Assembly (NCBI GenBank): GCA_001776425.1
Contig: MFBN01000014.1
Coordinates: 11,596-41,850 of the forward strand
Length of the DNA: 30,255 bases
Direction: 5' to 3'
Source of the DNA: Candidatus Curtissbacteria bacterium RIFCSPLOWO2_01_FULL_37_9
Lineage (GTDB): Bacteria > Patescibacteriota > Microgenomatia > Curtissbacterales > GWA2-41-24
Shown here piece by piece: positions 17,706-26,389 of this stretch (position 1 is its first letter; the number at the start of each line of letters is the position of its first letter). The notes beneath the pieces were generated by a model. The model was given only the letters and a program-made list of their open reading frames with translations. It was not told the DNA's origin and searched no databases. A program made the translations under genes and the position numbers.

Positions 17706-18473
17706 TTAATATAACATTAAATACCAGTCCAAAATCGGCTTTGCCCAATAAAGACTGATTAAAAGCCCGCTTATTAAAAAAGGGGCAAAAGGAATTGTCT
17801 GACCGAATTTTTTATAGCCAAACAAAATAAGGACTAAAGAAACAAGAGCTCCGAGCAAAAAAGCCAAAAATAAAGACAATAAGGTTGCTTTAATACCTAA
17901 TACCATACCAATTAAAAAACCCAAAATAATATCGCCCTCACCCATTCCACGGCCGCGGGTTGCAACTACAATAATCAAAAAAAATAAAGCGGATAAAAAT
18001 GCGGCTGCTGTGTGTTGCGCAAATAAACTAGGGGAGAATGAAAAAAAATTATAAAACAAACTGATAAATGAGGCTATAAAGACAAATGTTGTAGGAATAA
18101 GCGAAAATTTAATATCAACTACTGCTACAACTATCACGACAGAAATCAAAAAAAGGTAATAAGCCAAAGTCGCCAAACTTAAATTATTTTCCGAAACCAG
18201 AATTAGAAAAGTTAGCAAAAATAAAATTGCGGTTACGGTTTCCACAAGAGGGTATTGCCATGATATTGGTTTTTTACAATAGCGGCATTTTGCTCCCAAC
18301 ACTGCGAAACTGACAATGGGTATCAAGTCGAAAGTTGAAAGAGTTGCCCGGCAGTGATCACAGTACGACCTGCCCAAAATTGACTCTCGCCTGGTTGTGC
18401 GGTCTATGACAACATTTAAAAAACTGCCCACCGCCGTTCCCAAAATAAATGACAACAATAGATAAAGAATCAC
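17706..18473 (-). CDS. pilD: Prepilin peptidase/N-methyltransferase (A24A)
   Basis: GSFLNVVIDR, RSYCDHC...CRYC zinc motifs, YPLVE, catalytic Asp in VDIK and GMGEGD, IPFAPFL. Confidence 0.95.
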   Translation of the reverse strand: MILYLLLSFILGTAVGSFLNVVIDRTTRRESILGRSYCDHCRATLSTFDLIPIVSFAVLGAKCRYCKKPISWQYPLVETVTAILFLLTFLILVSENNLSLATLAYYLFLISVVIVVAVVDIKFSLIPTTFVFIASFISLFYNFFSFSPSLFAQHTAAAFLSALFFLIIVVATRGRGMGEGDIILGFLIGMVLGIKATLLSLFLAFLLGALVSLVLILFGYKKFGQTIPFAPFLISGLLISLYWAKPILDWYLMLY

Positions 18474-18492
18474 AATAAAAGTCTATCAACCG

Positions 18493-18537
18493 CTAGTTAC
18501 TAGATGCTAGACCCTAAACCCTAGACCCTAATCCCTA
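18493..18537. repeat. Heptamer tandem repeats starting at the pilin stop codon
   Basis: Plus strand CTAGTTA CTAGATG CTAGACC CTAAACC CTAGACC CTAATCC CTA; on the coding strand TAG-NNNN units beginning with the pilin TAG. Confidence 0.75.
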
Positions 18538-19017
18538 TGGGGTACAACCGCCTTCGGTAATTTCTCCAACGCTTACACTTGCAGAACGCCAGCACCACAC
18601 CCAATCGCCAACTCCGGAAGTCGCATCTTCTAAAGCGGCATAAAGGGCAACCTCGGAATTGTTTCCTGTTGAGCTTATTAAATACTGATATTCGTTTCCT
18701 ACAGGATCAAAAGGAATAATTTTCAAATCGCCGGACGCTCTTAGGGAAGTCAATCCGCTGATAGAAGCGGGGCCGCTGGGGACAGGGAATAGACTATTTG
18801 CCGAAAAGTAGGAATTAAGAGCATTAGCAATTTGCCCTATATCGCTTTTTCTTGTAGCATCCCTTGCCTGTTTCTGACGCTTTGCCGGATTAATTGCCAT
18901 CATAATTACTACCGCCAAAATTGCCAAAATCCCCATCACGATCAGAAGTTCGATAAGAGTAAACCCCCTGAGGGTAATCTTTAATTTTAAATTTTTAATT
19001 TTCATTGAATTTGTCAA
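18535..19017 (-). CDS. Type IV pilin paralog (likely true start is ATG at 19005)
   Basis: RG|FTLIELLIVMGILAIL, ARDATRKSDIGQIA helix, C-terminal WCW...CTP Cys pair. Confidence 0.9.
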   Translation of the reverse strand: MTNSMKIKNLKLKITLRGFTLIELLIVMGILAILAVVIMMAINPAKRQKQARDATRKSDIGQIANALNSYFSANSLFPVPSGPASISGLTSLRASGDLKIIPFDPVGNEYQYLISSTGNNSEVALYAALEDATSGVGDWVWCWRSASVSVGEITEGGCTP

Positions 19018-19108
19018 TAAATTTTCTAAAAATATTTTCTTATCAAAATATAATTTTTAAACACTTAGATTTCATTTTAAATTTCAAATTGAAAATTGAA
19101 TATTTTTG
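18977..19108. repeat. AT-rich heptamer tracts in the pilin leader and upstream region
   Basis: ATCTTTA ATTTTAA ATTTTTA ATTTTCA (18977-19004) and ATTTTAA ATTTCAA ATTGAAA ATTGAAT ATTTTTG (19074-19108). Confidence 0.55.
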
Positions 19109-19138
19109 CGGAGGGGCATTATTTCTAATATACCATTT

Positions 19139-19167
19139 TTGTTTAATCGTTTTTACTCTGTTAGACT
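19139..19167 (+). promoter_or_regulatory. Putative promoter of the YfhO-like gene
   Basis: TTGTTT (19139-19144), N17, TAGACT (19162-19167), with extended TGn (19159-19160); ATG at 19177. Confidence 0.5.
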
Positions 19168-19176
19168 AGTTTTTAA

Positions 19177-21372
19177 ATGGTCAAAAAAATACTTACTTAT
19201 TATTGGCCGTTCCTTGTAATACTCATTGTAATCTTCGCCTTCTTCGCCAGACTTTTTATTCCTCCGTCAATATTTGTAACCCCAGATTTTGGCCGAAGCG
19301 ATGCTCTTCATTCAAATCTTACCGAAAAACTAATCCTGCAAAAGAGCCTTAAAAGCCTGAATGTTCCTCTCTGGGAAGATAGTATTGGTCAGGGTTATCC
19401 AATTTTTGCTGAGGGAATAATGGGTTTTTTTTACTTTCCTAATCTAATAATCTTTGGTCTATTACCATTTAATTTTGCCATACCTACAATGTATGCCTTT
19501 ACCTTTTTGACATCATCTTTTTCAATGTATTACCTCATAAAAAAACTAAAACTCGGCATTCTAGCTGCCACAATCTCCGGCATATCTTTTGCCTTCTCCG
19601 CCTCGATGATCCTTCACGTCCAACATTATAACTTCATCCAATCAGCATCACTTCTGCCACTTCTAATCTTATGGCTTTTAAATTTTCTTGAAAAGAAAAA
19701 CGCGACAAATGCCATAATTTGCTCGATTATCTTCTCTCAGGTAATTCTCGCAGGTTTTGTTCAGATCTTTGCATATATTACGATTATTTTTTTCGTCTTT
19801 ACAATCTTCTTAACATATCTAAGAGAAAAACAAAGTCTTCAAAAAGCCGTCACTTCATACATAGCTATAGTTTTGTTCTCCATAACACTTTCTGCAATCC
19901 AAATTCTTCCTTCATACGAACTCACCAGATTATCAACCAGAAACTCTGGCGTTGACACCAAAAGCCTACTTGAAGCTTTTCCGCTGTCTCCAAAAAACTA
20001 TTTCACTTTCTTAAATCCCTTTATCTTGGGCAAAACCTCAGATGGTTCCTATAACTCCACCCAATGGTCGAAGTACGGCGTTTATTGGGAAAACACAAGT
20101 TACATCGGTTTAATACCATTTGTCTTCTATTTTATCGGTCTATACTTTTTGTTTTTTAAACGTAAAAATCACATACTTTTGGCTGTTTTTGCAGCAACAA
20201 TAATCGCTATTTTGTTATCTCTTGGCAAATATTCACCCCTCCACATAGCCTATTCTTTCCCACCGTTAAATTACTTTAGAGTCCCTGCCAGATTTATTCT
20301 GCTTGTTCAGTTTTTAACACTAATAACAGCTGCCTATGGAATTAAATTCTTCGTGGATAAGATACCAAAACGAAAAACCCCAATCCTTAAAATCATACTT
20401 GTCCTATTCATGACAGTAAACCTTTACTTCTATTGGTGGAATTACAACCCAATAGGCAAAACTAAAAATTGGTTAATGCCTCCAGAGCTGGCAAACTCGA
20501 TAGAAAGAGGGGAAAACTGGCGTTTATTTTCTATTGACTCAAAACAATGGAATAGTGTATTTACAACCAAAGGCTGGCGAAATCAAGACGAAAACTATTA
20601 CTTCTTCAGAAATTCTCTTGATCAAAATTTGAATTTACTTTACGATATCAGCCAATTTTCTCACTTTGAAACCCTGCCAACAAGAAGATACGATCTACAA
20701 AACTTGATACTTAAAAATTCAATAACAATAAAAGACGAAAAAATAAATATAGCCCAAAAAGCCAAAAATATTCTAAAACAATCAAATGTCAGATATTTAA
20801 TTTCTCCTTACAAAATCGCATCAGAAGGATTCTCGCAAATCAAAAGTGTTAACAAAGACAACTTCATATTCTATTTATACGAACTAGAAAACCCCAACAG
20901 TCGTGCTAGTCTGTATTACGATTACAAATCGGTAAGAACCACTGGTCAATATACAAGTCTACTCGGAGAAATTGACCCCGTCAAAACCGTTCTTATAGAG
21001 AAAGTAGAAAACCTCGAACTGGAAAATGGAATGGGCTTGATATCAACAATTAGAATAGAAAATGGTTATCAATCTTTTAAAATTACCACAGACAAGCCGG
21101 CTATATTCGTAGTTTCAAACTCACCATATCCAGGATGGGAAGCAATAATTGACAGCAAAAAAACCACTATTTATCCCGCAAACATTAATTCTCAAGCAAT
21201 AATCGTACCACAAGGAGAACACCGTGTAGCATTCGAATATAAACCGAAAAGCTTTATAATTGGCCTGATAACTAGCTCCGTGTCTTATATCTTTGCCCTC
21301 GTCTGGCTAGCAAGAAGAAAGTTAAAGTTCCTCAACAGGTTTATCAATACCTTTCTTCCGACTCATCTGTGA
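19177..21372 (+). CDS. YfhO-family multi-pass membrane protein (predicted GT-C glycosyltransferase)
   Basis: Many TM segments; PLWEDSIGQGYP, FRVPARF; C-terminal VSNSPYPGWEAIID...PANIN...IVPQGEHRVAFEYKP plus a final TM helix, typical of YfhO. Confidence 0.8.
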   Translation: MVKKILTYYWPFLVILIVIFAFFARLFIPPSIFVTPDFGRSDALHSNLTEKLILQKSLKSLNVPLWEDSIGQGYPIFAEGIMGFFYFPNLIIFGLLPFNFAIPTMYAFTFLTSSFSMYYLIKKLKLGILAATISGISFAFSASMILHVQHYNFIQSASLLPLLILWLLNFLEKKNATNAIICSIIFSQVILAGFVQIFAYITIIFFVFTIFLTYLREKQSLQKAVTSYIAIVLFSITLSAIQILPSYELTRLSTRNSGVDTKSLLEAFPLSPKNYFTFLNPFILGKTSDGSYNSTQWSKYGVYWENTSYIGLIPFVFYFIGLYFLFFKRKNHILLAVFAATIIAILLSLGKYSPLHIAYSFPPLNYFRVPARFILLVQFLTLITAAYGIKFFVDKIPKRKTPILKIILVLFMTVNLYFYWWNYNPIGKTKNWLMPPELANSIERGENWRLFSIDSKQWNSVFTTKGWRNQDENYYFFRNSLDQNLNLLYDISQFSHFETLPTRRYDLQNLILKNSITIKDEKINIAQKAKNILKQSNVRYLISPYKIASEGFSQIKSVNKDNFIFYLYELENPNSRASLYYDYKSVRTTGQYTSLLGEIDPVKTVLIEKVENLELENGMGLISTIRIENGYQSFKITTDKPAIFVVSNSPYPGWEAIIDSKKTTIYPANINSQAIIVPQGEHRVAFEYKPKSFIIGLITSSVSYIFALVWLARRKLKFLNRFINTFLPTHL

Positions 21373-23382
21373 TCTTTCAAAATATTCTTTTGCTTTATCG
21401 CTGTCGTCAAAACAAACGCTATAAACTTGACCCAAGCCTTCCCACGCCTGCCAATAAGATTCATCTGCCTTAACAATTGCTAAAAATAAATCCCTCGATT
21501 TCTCACAGTCTTTCTTCTCTAAGTAATAAATCGCCAGTCCAAACATAGAAACACGATTTTCGGGTAAAATCTCTAAACTATTTTCAAAATATTCCTTGGA
21601 TTTATCAACATTACCGTGCTTTAAAAGCGCAAAAGCGTTGTCGGCAAAAACACCAGAATAAGTCGCTTTAATGTCATCCTCGAAAAAATTAAGGTATCTG
21701 TTTTTGACAACATCAAGTCTAAAATTAAGCTTGTCCAAACTCTGCAAAACTCTCCTGGAGGTTTCAGAATCGCCTGGTAAATCATCACGCCTGTAAAGCC
21801 TTTTGAGCATTCCTTGCTGAATCCATACATAATCAGCAGGAACTGAAATTGCCGAATAAGAATATATTGGAAATCTGTCATAGTTTATATCGATTAATTT
21901 GAAAACCGTATCAACATATTCTGTCCTGCCTTTTGTTAAAAAGTTCTCTGGAAAAAAAATTTCGGAATAAAACCTCTCAAGTTGTTTTCTGTAACTTTCG
22001 TGCTTCAACCTTCCGGTCAAGATAATTGGGGATTTATTGTTTATCCCATCAATGTAATATACATATTGAGTGTTAAAAGTAATTGTATCTCCTTGTAAAA
22101 AAATTATTCCAGGGGGATCGGCAGCAGTAAGAATATCCTTACCTAAAATTCCACCAACCTTATAATCCGAAAGGTCTGTTTTTGGCCAGTTTGTAATGAA
22201 TAAAAAGAAAGGGAAAATCAAAAATACAGAGGAAAAAAGCAACTTCAAAAAACTTATATTACCAAGATGCAATTTTTTCATTAAATTAAAAATAAAGTCA
22301 CGGATTCCAGCCATGCCAAAAAAAACGAATATCGCGAGGAACAAGTAGTTTATTAGCAAAAATCTTTCAGAAATACCCAAAAGAAGTGAGGTCAAAGGAG
22401 GGAAAGACGCGTACGCCAAAAAAAACGGGCCGCTAAAAAAAGCGCTAAGTAAAAAAAACCAGAACCATTCTCTTTTTTTTAAAAAAAGCCAAAAAATTCC
22501 CAACATAATCAAAATAACCCCAAAAACAGTAAAGTCAAAAAGAACCACTTTAAAGTACCAAAGAACTTGAACTAGTCGGGCAGGAGCAGAAAAACCAACA
22601 AGATCAGAAGAAGCAGTAAAAACCCCATAATCAGCCCTTGTAATCAGCTGCCAAAATCCCGAAAAATTTGAAGGGTCATCCCAATTAATGGGAGTTTTGC
22701 GTGAAGCGGCTATAAAAACGTAAAGATAAGGAACTATACCCAAAAGAAATAATCCAAACAACTTCAACAAATTTTTTAATTTTTCAAGTCTAAAGATCTT
22801 CAACCGAATAAATGCATATAAATAAGCCGGTACCAAAAGTAGAGAAGTATGATGGTGAAAAACCGCAAGACCAAAGAAAAACACACACAAATATAAGCTC
22901 TTTTTCCTATAAAAACTTGTAGAAATCCAAAAATAGTCAAACAAAAAAAACAAGGAGATAAGAAGTAAAATTATCATAAGTTGAAAAACCTCGGCAACGT
23001 GAGCATAAAACCAATACAAAGGTACAAAAGCCAAAACCAAAGAACCGGCAACCGATAAGATGAAATTCTTCAAAAGTCTAAATAGAAAAAAGCCCAAAAG
23101 CCCAACGCCAAATGCCATATAAACAGCCGAAACTAAGTTTGCCTTAAATGCAAAAGGGCCGATTGGTATTAATCTTGTTAAGATTGCACCAAGAAGGGTA
23201 TTTAGAGGATAACCTGGCGGATGAGGAACACCTGCAAAAAAATAAGAGAGGATAATGTCGCCGGAATCTCCACCATAAACGTCACTTGCTACACCTCGAA
23301 AATAAAGGATAAAAACTATAAAAGAAATAAGAACAATAGCAAACAATCCGTACTTTTCAACTGAATAGACAGATTTCCTCAC
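21322..23382 (-). CDS. DUF2723/TMEM260-like GT-C membrane glycosyltransferase with C-terminal TPRs
   Basis: GGDSGD...GVPHPPGYPLNTLLG hallmark, HHTSLLL, INWDDP, about 11 hydrophobic segments, then a soluble domain and TPR-like helices (YFENSLEILPEN, AWEGLGQVY). Overlaps the YfhO-like gene tail-to-tail by 51 nt. Confidence 0.82.
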   Translation of the reverse strand: MRKSVYSVEKYGLFAIVLISFIVFILYFRGVASDVYGGDSGDIILSYFFAGVPHPPGYPLNTLLGAILTRLIPIGPFAFKANLVSAVYMAFGVGLLGFFLFRLLKNFILSVAGSLVLAFVPLYWFYAHVAEVFQLMIILLLISLFFLFDYFWISTSFYRKKSLYLCVFFFGLAVFHHHTSLLLVPAYLYAFIRLKIFRLEKLKNLLKLFGLFLLGIVPYLYVFIAASRKTPINWDDPSNFSGFWQLITRADYGVFTASSDLVGFSAPARLVQVLWYFKVVLFDFTVFGVILIMLGIFWLFLKKREWFWFFLLSAFFSGPFFLAYASFPPLTSLLLGISERFLLINYLFLAIFVFFGMAGIRDFIFNLMKKLHLGNISFLKLLFSSVFLIFPFFLFITNWPKTDLSDYKVGGILGKDILTAADPPGIIFLQGDTITFNTQYVYYIDGINNKSPIILTGRLKHESYRKQLERFYSEIFFPENFLTKGRTEYVDTVFKLIDINYDRFPIYSYSAISVPADYVWIQQGMLKRLYRRDDLPGDSETSRRVLQSLDKLNFRLDVVKNRYLNFFEDDIKATYSGVFADNAFALLKHGNVDKSKEYFENSLEILPENRVSMFGLAIYYLEKKDCEKSRDLFLAIVKADESYWQAWEGLGQVYSVCFDDSDKAKEYFERSQMSRKKGIDKPVEEL

Positions 23383-23498
23383 TTACTTTAGAATAAGTTT
23401 TAAAAAAGGGTTTTGCCAAAAACAATTCGTTTCACCAAAAATGAGTACTACCAAACCTCAATCGTACTTAAAATTTCCCCGAATCCGCTAATCTTAGC

Positions 23499-23960
23499 TT
23501 ACGGCGTGCAACTACCTGATGTAATTTCTTGGGCTTTTCCAATTGCTGATTGCCAACACCATAGATAAGTACCTGTACTATCCGTAGTAGGATCTTCTAA
23601 TACATCGTAGATTGAAGCCTCACTTGAATCACTCTCAACCGAATATGAATATTCGCCACCTGTCGGATCAGTTGGAATTTGCTTCAGATCTTGAGTTACT
23701 GTCAAAGCTGCCAAGCCTCCAGGCGTACCGCTAGTACCAAGATAATCACCTTGCCCTGGTGTTGTGTAATATGCCTGCAGAGCCGTTGCTATCTGTCCTA
23801 TATCACTCTTGCGGGCAGCATCTCGTGCCTGTCTTTGTCTTTTTGCTGGGTTTACGGCAATCAAAACTGCGGCTGCTAAAATTCCCAAAATTGCAATAAC
23901 GATTAAAAGCTCAATTAGAGTAAAACCTTTGAAAAATTTCTTTTGGGCAGAATTAATCAC
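23499..23960 (-). CDS. pilA: Type IV pilin, probable major pilin
   Basis: GTG start, KG|FTLIELLIVIAILGILAA, ARDAARKSDIGQIA, C-terminal WCW...CTP; directly after pilC; perfect Shine-Dalgarno. Confidence 0.9.
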   Translation of the reverse strand: MINSAQKKFFKGFTLIELLIVIAILGILAAAVLIAVNPAKRQRQARDAARKSDIGQIATALQAYYTTPGQGDYLGTSGTPGGLAALTVTQDLKQIPTDPTGGEYSYSVESDSSEASIYDVLEDPTTDSTGTYLWCWQSAIGKAQEITSGSCTP

Positions 23961-23970
23961 TAAAAATTAC

Positions 23971-23980
23971 TCACCTCCTT
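23971..23980 (-). promoter_or_regulatory. Perfect Shine-Dalgarno AAGGAGGTGA of the probable major pilin
   Basis: Plus strand TCACCTCCTT, 10 nt upstream of the GTG at 23960. TTGACA (24049-24044), N17, TAATAC lies further upstream as a weak promoter candidate. Confidence 0.8.
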
Positions 23981-24060
23981 CCGATATTTACTAATTTAAT
24001 ATCAATGCTATCTAAAACCAGTATTAAGGAATATATATTTATTTGTCAAGCATTAAACAA

Positions 24061-25272
24061 CTAAAATGACGATGTCAGATTGTAAATCGGCAAAATAATC
24101 GAAAGCACTAAAATTCCTACACCCAGCCCCAAAAATACCAGAATCAAGGGCTCAAGAGCGGTTGTCAGGTTACGAATCGCAGTTTCACTTTCACCTTCAA
24201 AATAAATCGAAAGCCGCTGCAGCACTTCATCCATTTTACCGGTTTCCTCACCAACCCTGATCATTTGGGCAACAATCGGCGGAAAATCAGGATTAGCTGC
24301 TAGAGGCTGATATAAAGGAGTACCTCTTTCAACCCGGCCGATTGCAAAAAGTATTCCTTCTCTATAAGTAGGCGTTGCCAAAAGATCGGCAACAACCTTC
24401 AGGGCGGAAATAATCGGAATTCCGGTTGCAATTAAAAGTCCTAAAGTTCTGGTAAACTGGGCCAAAATTAAGGTTTTCCTGATTTTCCCCCAAATCGGCA
24501 AAATTAAAACAAGCCTTGAGATAATTTCTGCTCCTTTCTCTGTTTTGGAAAATACCCGTAAGGCATAACTTGCACCAAACCCCAAAAGAATCAAAAGCCA
24601 CCAGAAATTACGCATAAAATTAGACAAAAATATTAAAATTTTAGTCGGTAAGGGCAAATTGGCTCCGATTTCCGTATAAAGACTGGTTAATTTCGGGATC
24701 ACAAATATCATCATTACCGTAATCACAATAATCATAACCACGACCACGATAATCGGGTAAATAAAAGCGCCTTTTGTTTTTGATTTAAATTCTTTTTCCT
24801 TTTCCAGAGTATCTGCCAGCTTTATTAACACTTTATCCAAAACTCCTCCGGTCTCTCCGGCTTCGATTAGTTTTATATAGATAATATCAAACGCTCGAGG
24901 ATGCTTATGAAGAGCCTGAGACAGGGCCATTCCACCTTCGACATCGGCAACAACCTCTGCTAAGATATTAGCAAATTTCTGGTTTTTGGCCTGTTTTTCC
25001 AAAATTACCAAGGCATCTGTTAAGGGAAGACCGGCAGAGATCATGGTGGAAAGTTCCCTTGTAAAGTTAACAATCTCATTAACGGTTACTCCACCAATCT
25101 TAGGCAGGGCATTGATTAGAGGCAAACCAATCTTTTCCCGCTTTTTGATTTCTATTGGGATTAAACCTTCTTTTCTTAAAGATTCAACCAAAGTCTTTTC
25201 ATCAAAAACTTCAACTTCTCCGCTGAATTTTCTGGCGTTTTGATCCTTGGCAGTAAAACGGTAAAGGGCCAT
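24061..25272 (-). CDS. pilC: Type IV pilus platform protein PilC (T2SS F family)
   Basis: FTRELSTMISAGLPL, AGETGGVLDKVL, YPIIV, MIRVGEETGKMDEVL, ALEP, ILPIY. Confidence 0.96.
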   Translation of the reverse strand: MALYRFTAKDQNARKFSGEVEVFDEKTLVESLRKEGLIPIEIKKREKIGLPLINALPKIGGVTVNEIVNFTRELSTMISAGLPLTDALVILEKQAKNQKFANILAEVVADVEGGMALSQALHKHPRAFDIIYIKLIEAGETGGVLDKVLIKLADTLEKEKEFKSKTKGAFIYPIIVVVVMIIVITVMMIFVIPKLTSLYTEIGANLPLPTKILIFLSNFMRNFWWLLILLGFGASYALRVFSKTEKGAEIISRLVLILPIWGKIRKTLILAQFTRTLGLLIATGIPIISALKVVADLLATPTYREGILFAIGRVERGTPLYQPLAANPDFPPIVAQMIRVGEETGKMDEVLQRLSIYFEGESETAIRNLTTALEPLILVFLGLGVGILVLSIILPIYNLTSSF

Positions 25273-25288
25273 TAATGTATGCTAAATA

Positions 25289-26359
25289 CTATTTTTCAAA
25301 ATCGCTTTGTCCGGCAACCAATCGGTCCAGTTCCTCCGGTCTTAGGCTATAACTGCGGGCAACATCCAAAGATATACTTCCGGATCTAACTAAAAAGGCT
25401 AAAGAGGCATCCATTAAAATCATGCCTGCAGAACCGGAAGTTTGAATAATATTGTCAATCATATGAGTTTTACCTTCACGAATCGCAGTCTGTACAGCAC
25501 CGCTTTGCAGTAATATCTCAACAGCAGGTACACGCCCTCCGCCAATCGCCGGAACAAGTCTTTGAGAAATTATGCCGGCAATACTGGATGCCAGCTGCAT
25601 TCTAACCTGAACCTGCTGATTTTCCGGAAAAACGTCTATAATCCGGTCAATTGACTGGGCCGCAGAATTGGTATGAAGGGTTGCAAAAACCAAGTGCCCT
25701 GTTTCGGCAATAGTAATAGCAGAAGCAATTGTTTCGTAATCACGCATTTCGCCAACCAAGACCACATCCGGATCCTCACGAAGCGCGGATCTTAACGCCA
25801 CTTCCCAAGAATGGGTATCAAGGTGCATTTCTCTTTGCGAAACCAGTCCTTTACCTTTGGGATAAACATATTCTATAGGATCTTCTATCGTTAAAATATG
25901 AACCGGCTTTGTTTGATTAATCTGATTAATTATTGAAGCAATTGTAGTTGATTTTCCGTGACCGGTTGGCCCGGTAACCAAGATAAAACCCTGGCGCATT
26001 TTAACAAAGTCATGGCAAATTCTGGGTAAGTTTAAATCTTCTATAGTTTTAATAAAAGCGGGAATCAGCCGCAAAGCCGCAGAAAGATAGCCTTTCTGAA
26101 AATAAGCATTAACCCTGAATCTGGCAACATCTCCCAAGGCAAAGGAAAAATCAATTTCCTTATTCACCATTAAAGTTTCTTTCTGTTCCGTAGATAAAAG
26201 TTCGAAAACCAAACTTTCGGCATCCTCCGGAGTTAAGGGTCCGGAAGAAATAGGCATTAATTGACCGTCTATTCTGATCACAGCCGGTGAACCAACAATT
26301 AAATGCAGATCCGATGCTTCTTTTTTAACAACTATTTCTAAAAAATCCTGTATAGACAT
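25289..26359 (-). CDS. pilT: Type IV pilus retraction ATPase PilT
   Basis: ASDLHL, RFRVNAY, Walker A GPTGHGKSTT, EDPIE, ALREDPDVVLVGEMRD, TGHLVFATLHT, AIREGK. Confidence 0.95.
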   Translation of the reverse strand: MSIQDFLEIVVKKEASDLHLIVGSPAVIRIDGQLMPISSGPLTPEDAESLVFELLSTEQKETLMVNKEIDFSFALGDVARFRVNAYFQKGYLSAALRLIPAFIKTIEDLNLPRICHDFVKMRQGFILVTGPTGHGKSTTIASIINQINQTKPVHILTIEDPIEYVYPKGKGLVSQREMHLDTHSWEVALRSALREDPDVVLVGEMRDYETIASAITIAETGHLVFATLHTNSAAQSIDRIIDVFPENQQVQVRMQLASSIAGIISQRLVPAIGGGRVPAVEILLQSGAVQTAIREGKTHMIDNIIQTSGSAGMILMDASLAFLVRSGSISLDVARSYSLRPEELDRLVAGQSDFEK

Positions 26360-26389
26360 TACTTAATCTTTAGTTTAATTTAAAAAACT

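Noticed and set aside
18493-18537. Telomere-like TTTAGGG/TAGGG units
   Set aside because: Only a few degenerate units in an internal bacterial spacer; explained as one of the heptamer tracts.
21952-22950. Several A8/T8 runs in the DUF2723 gene as phase-variation tracts
   Set aside because: They match Phe/Lys-rich codons of an AT-rich membrane gene. There are no long G/C tracts and the frame is intact.
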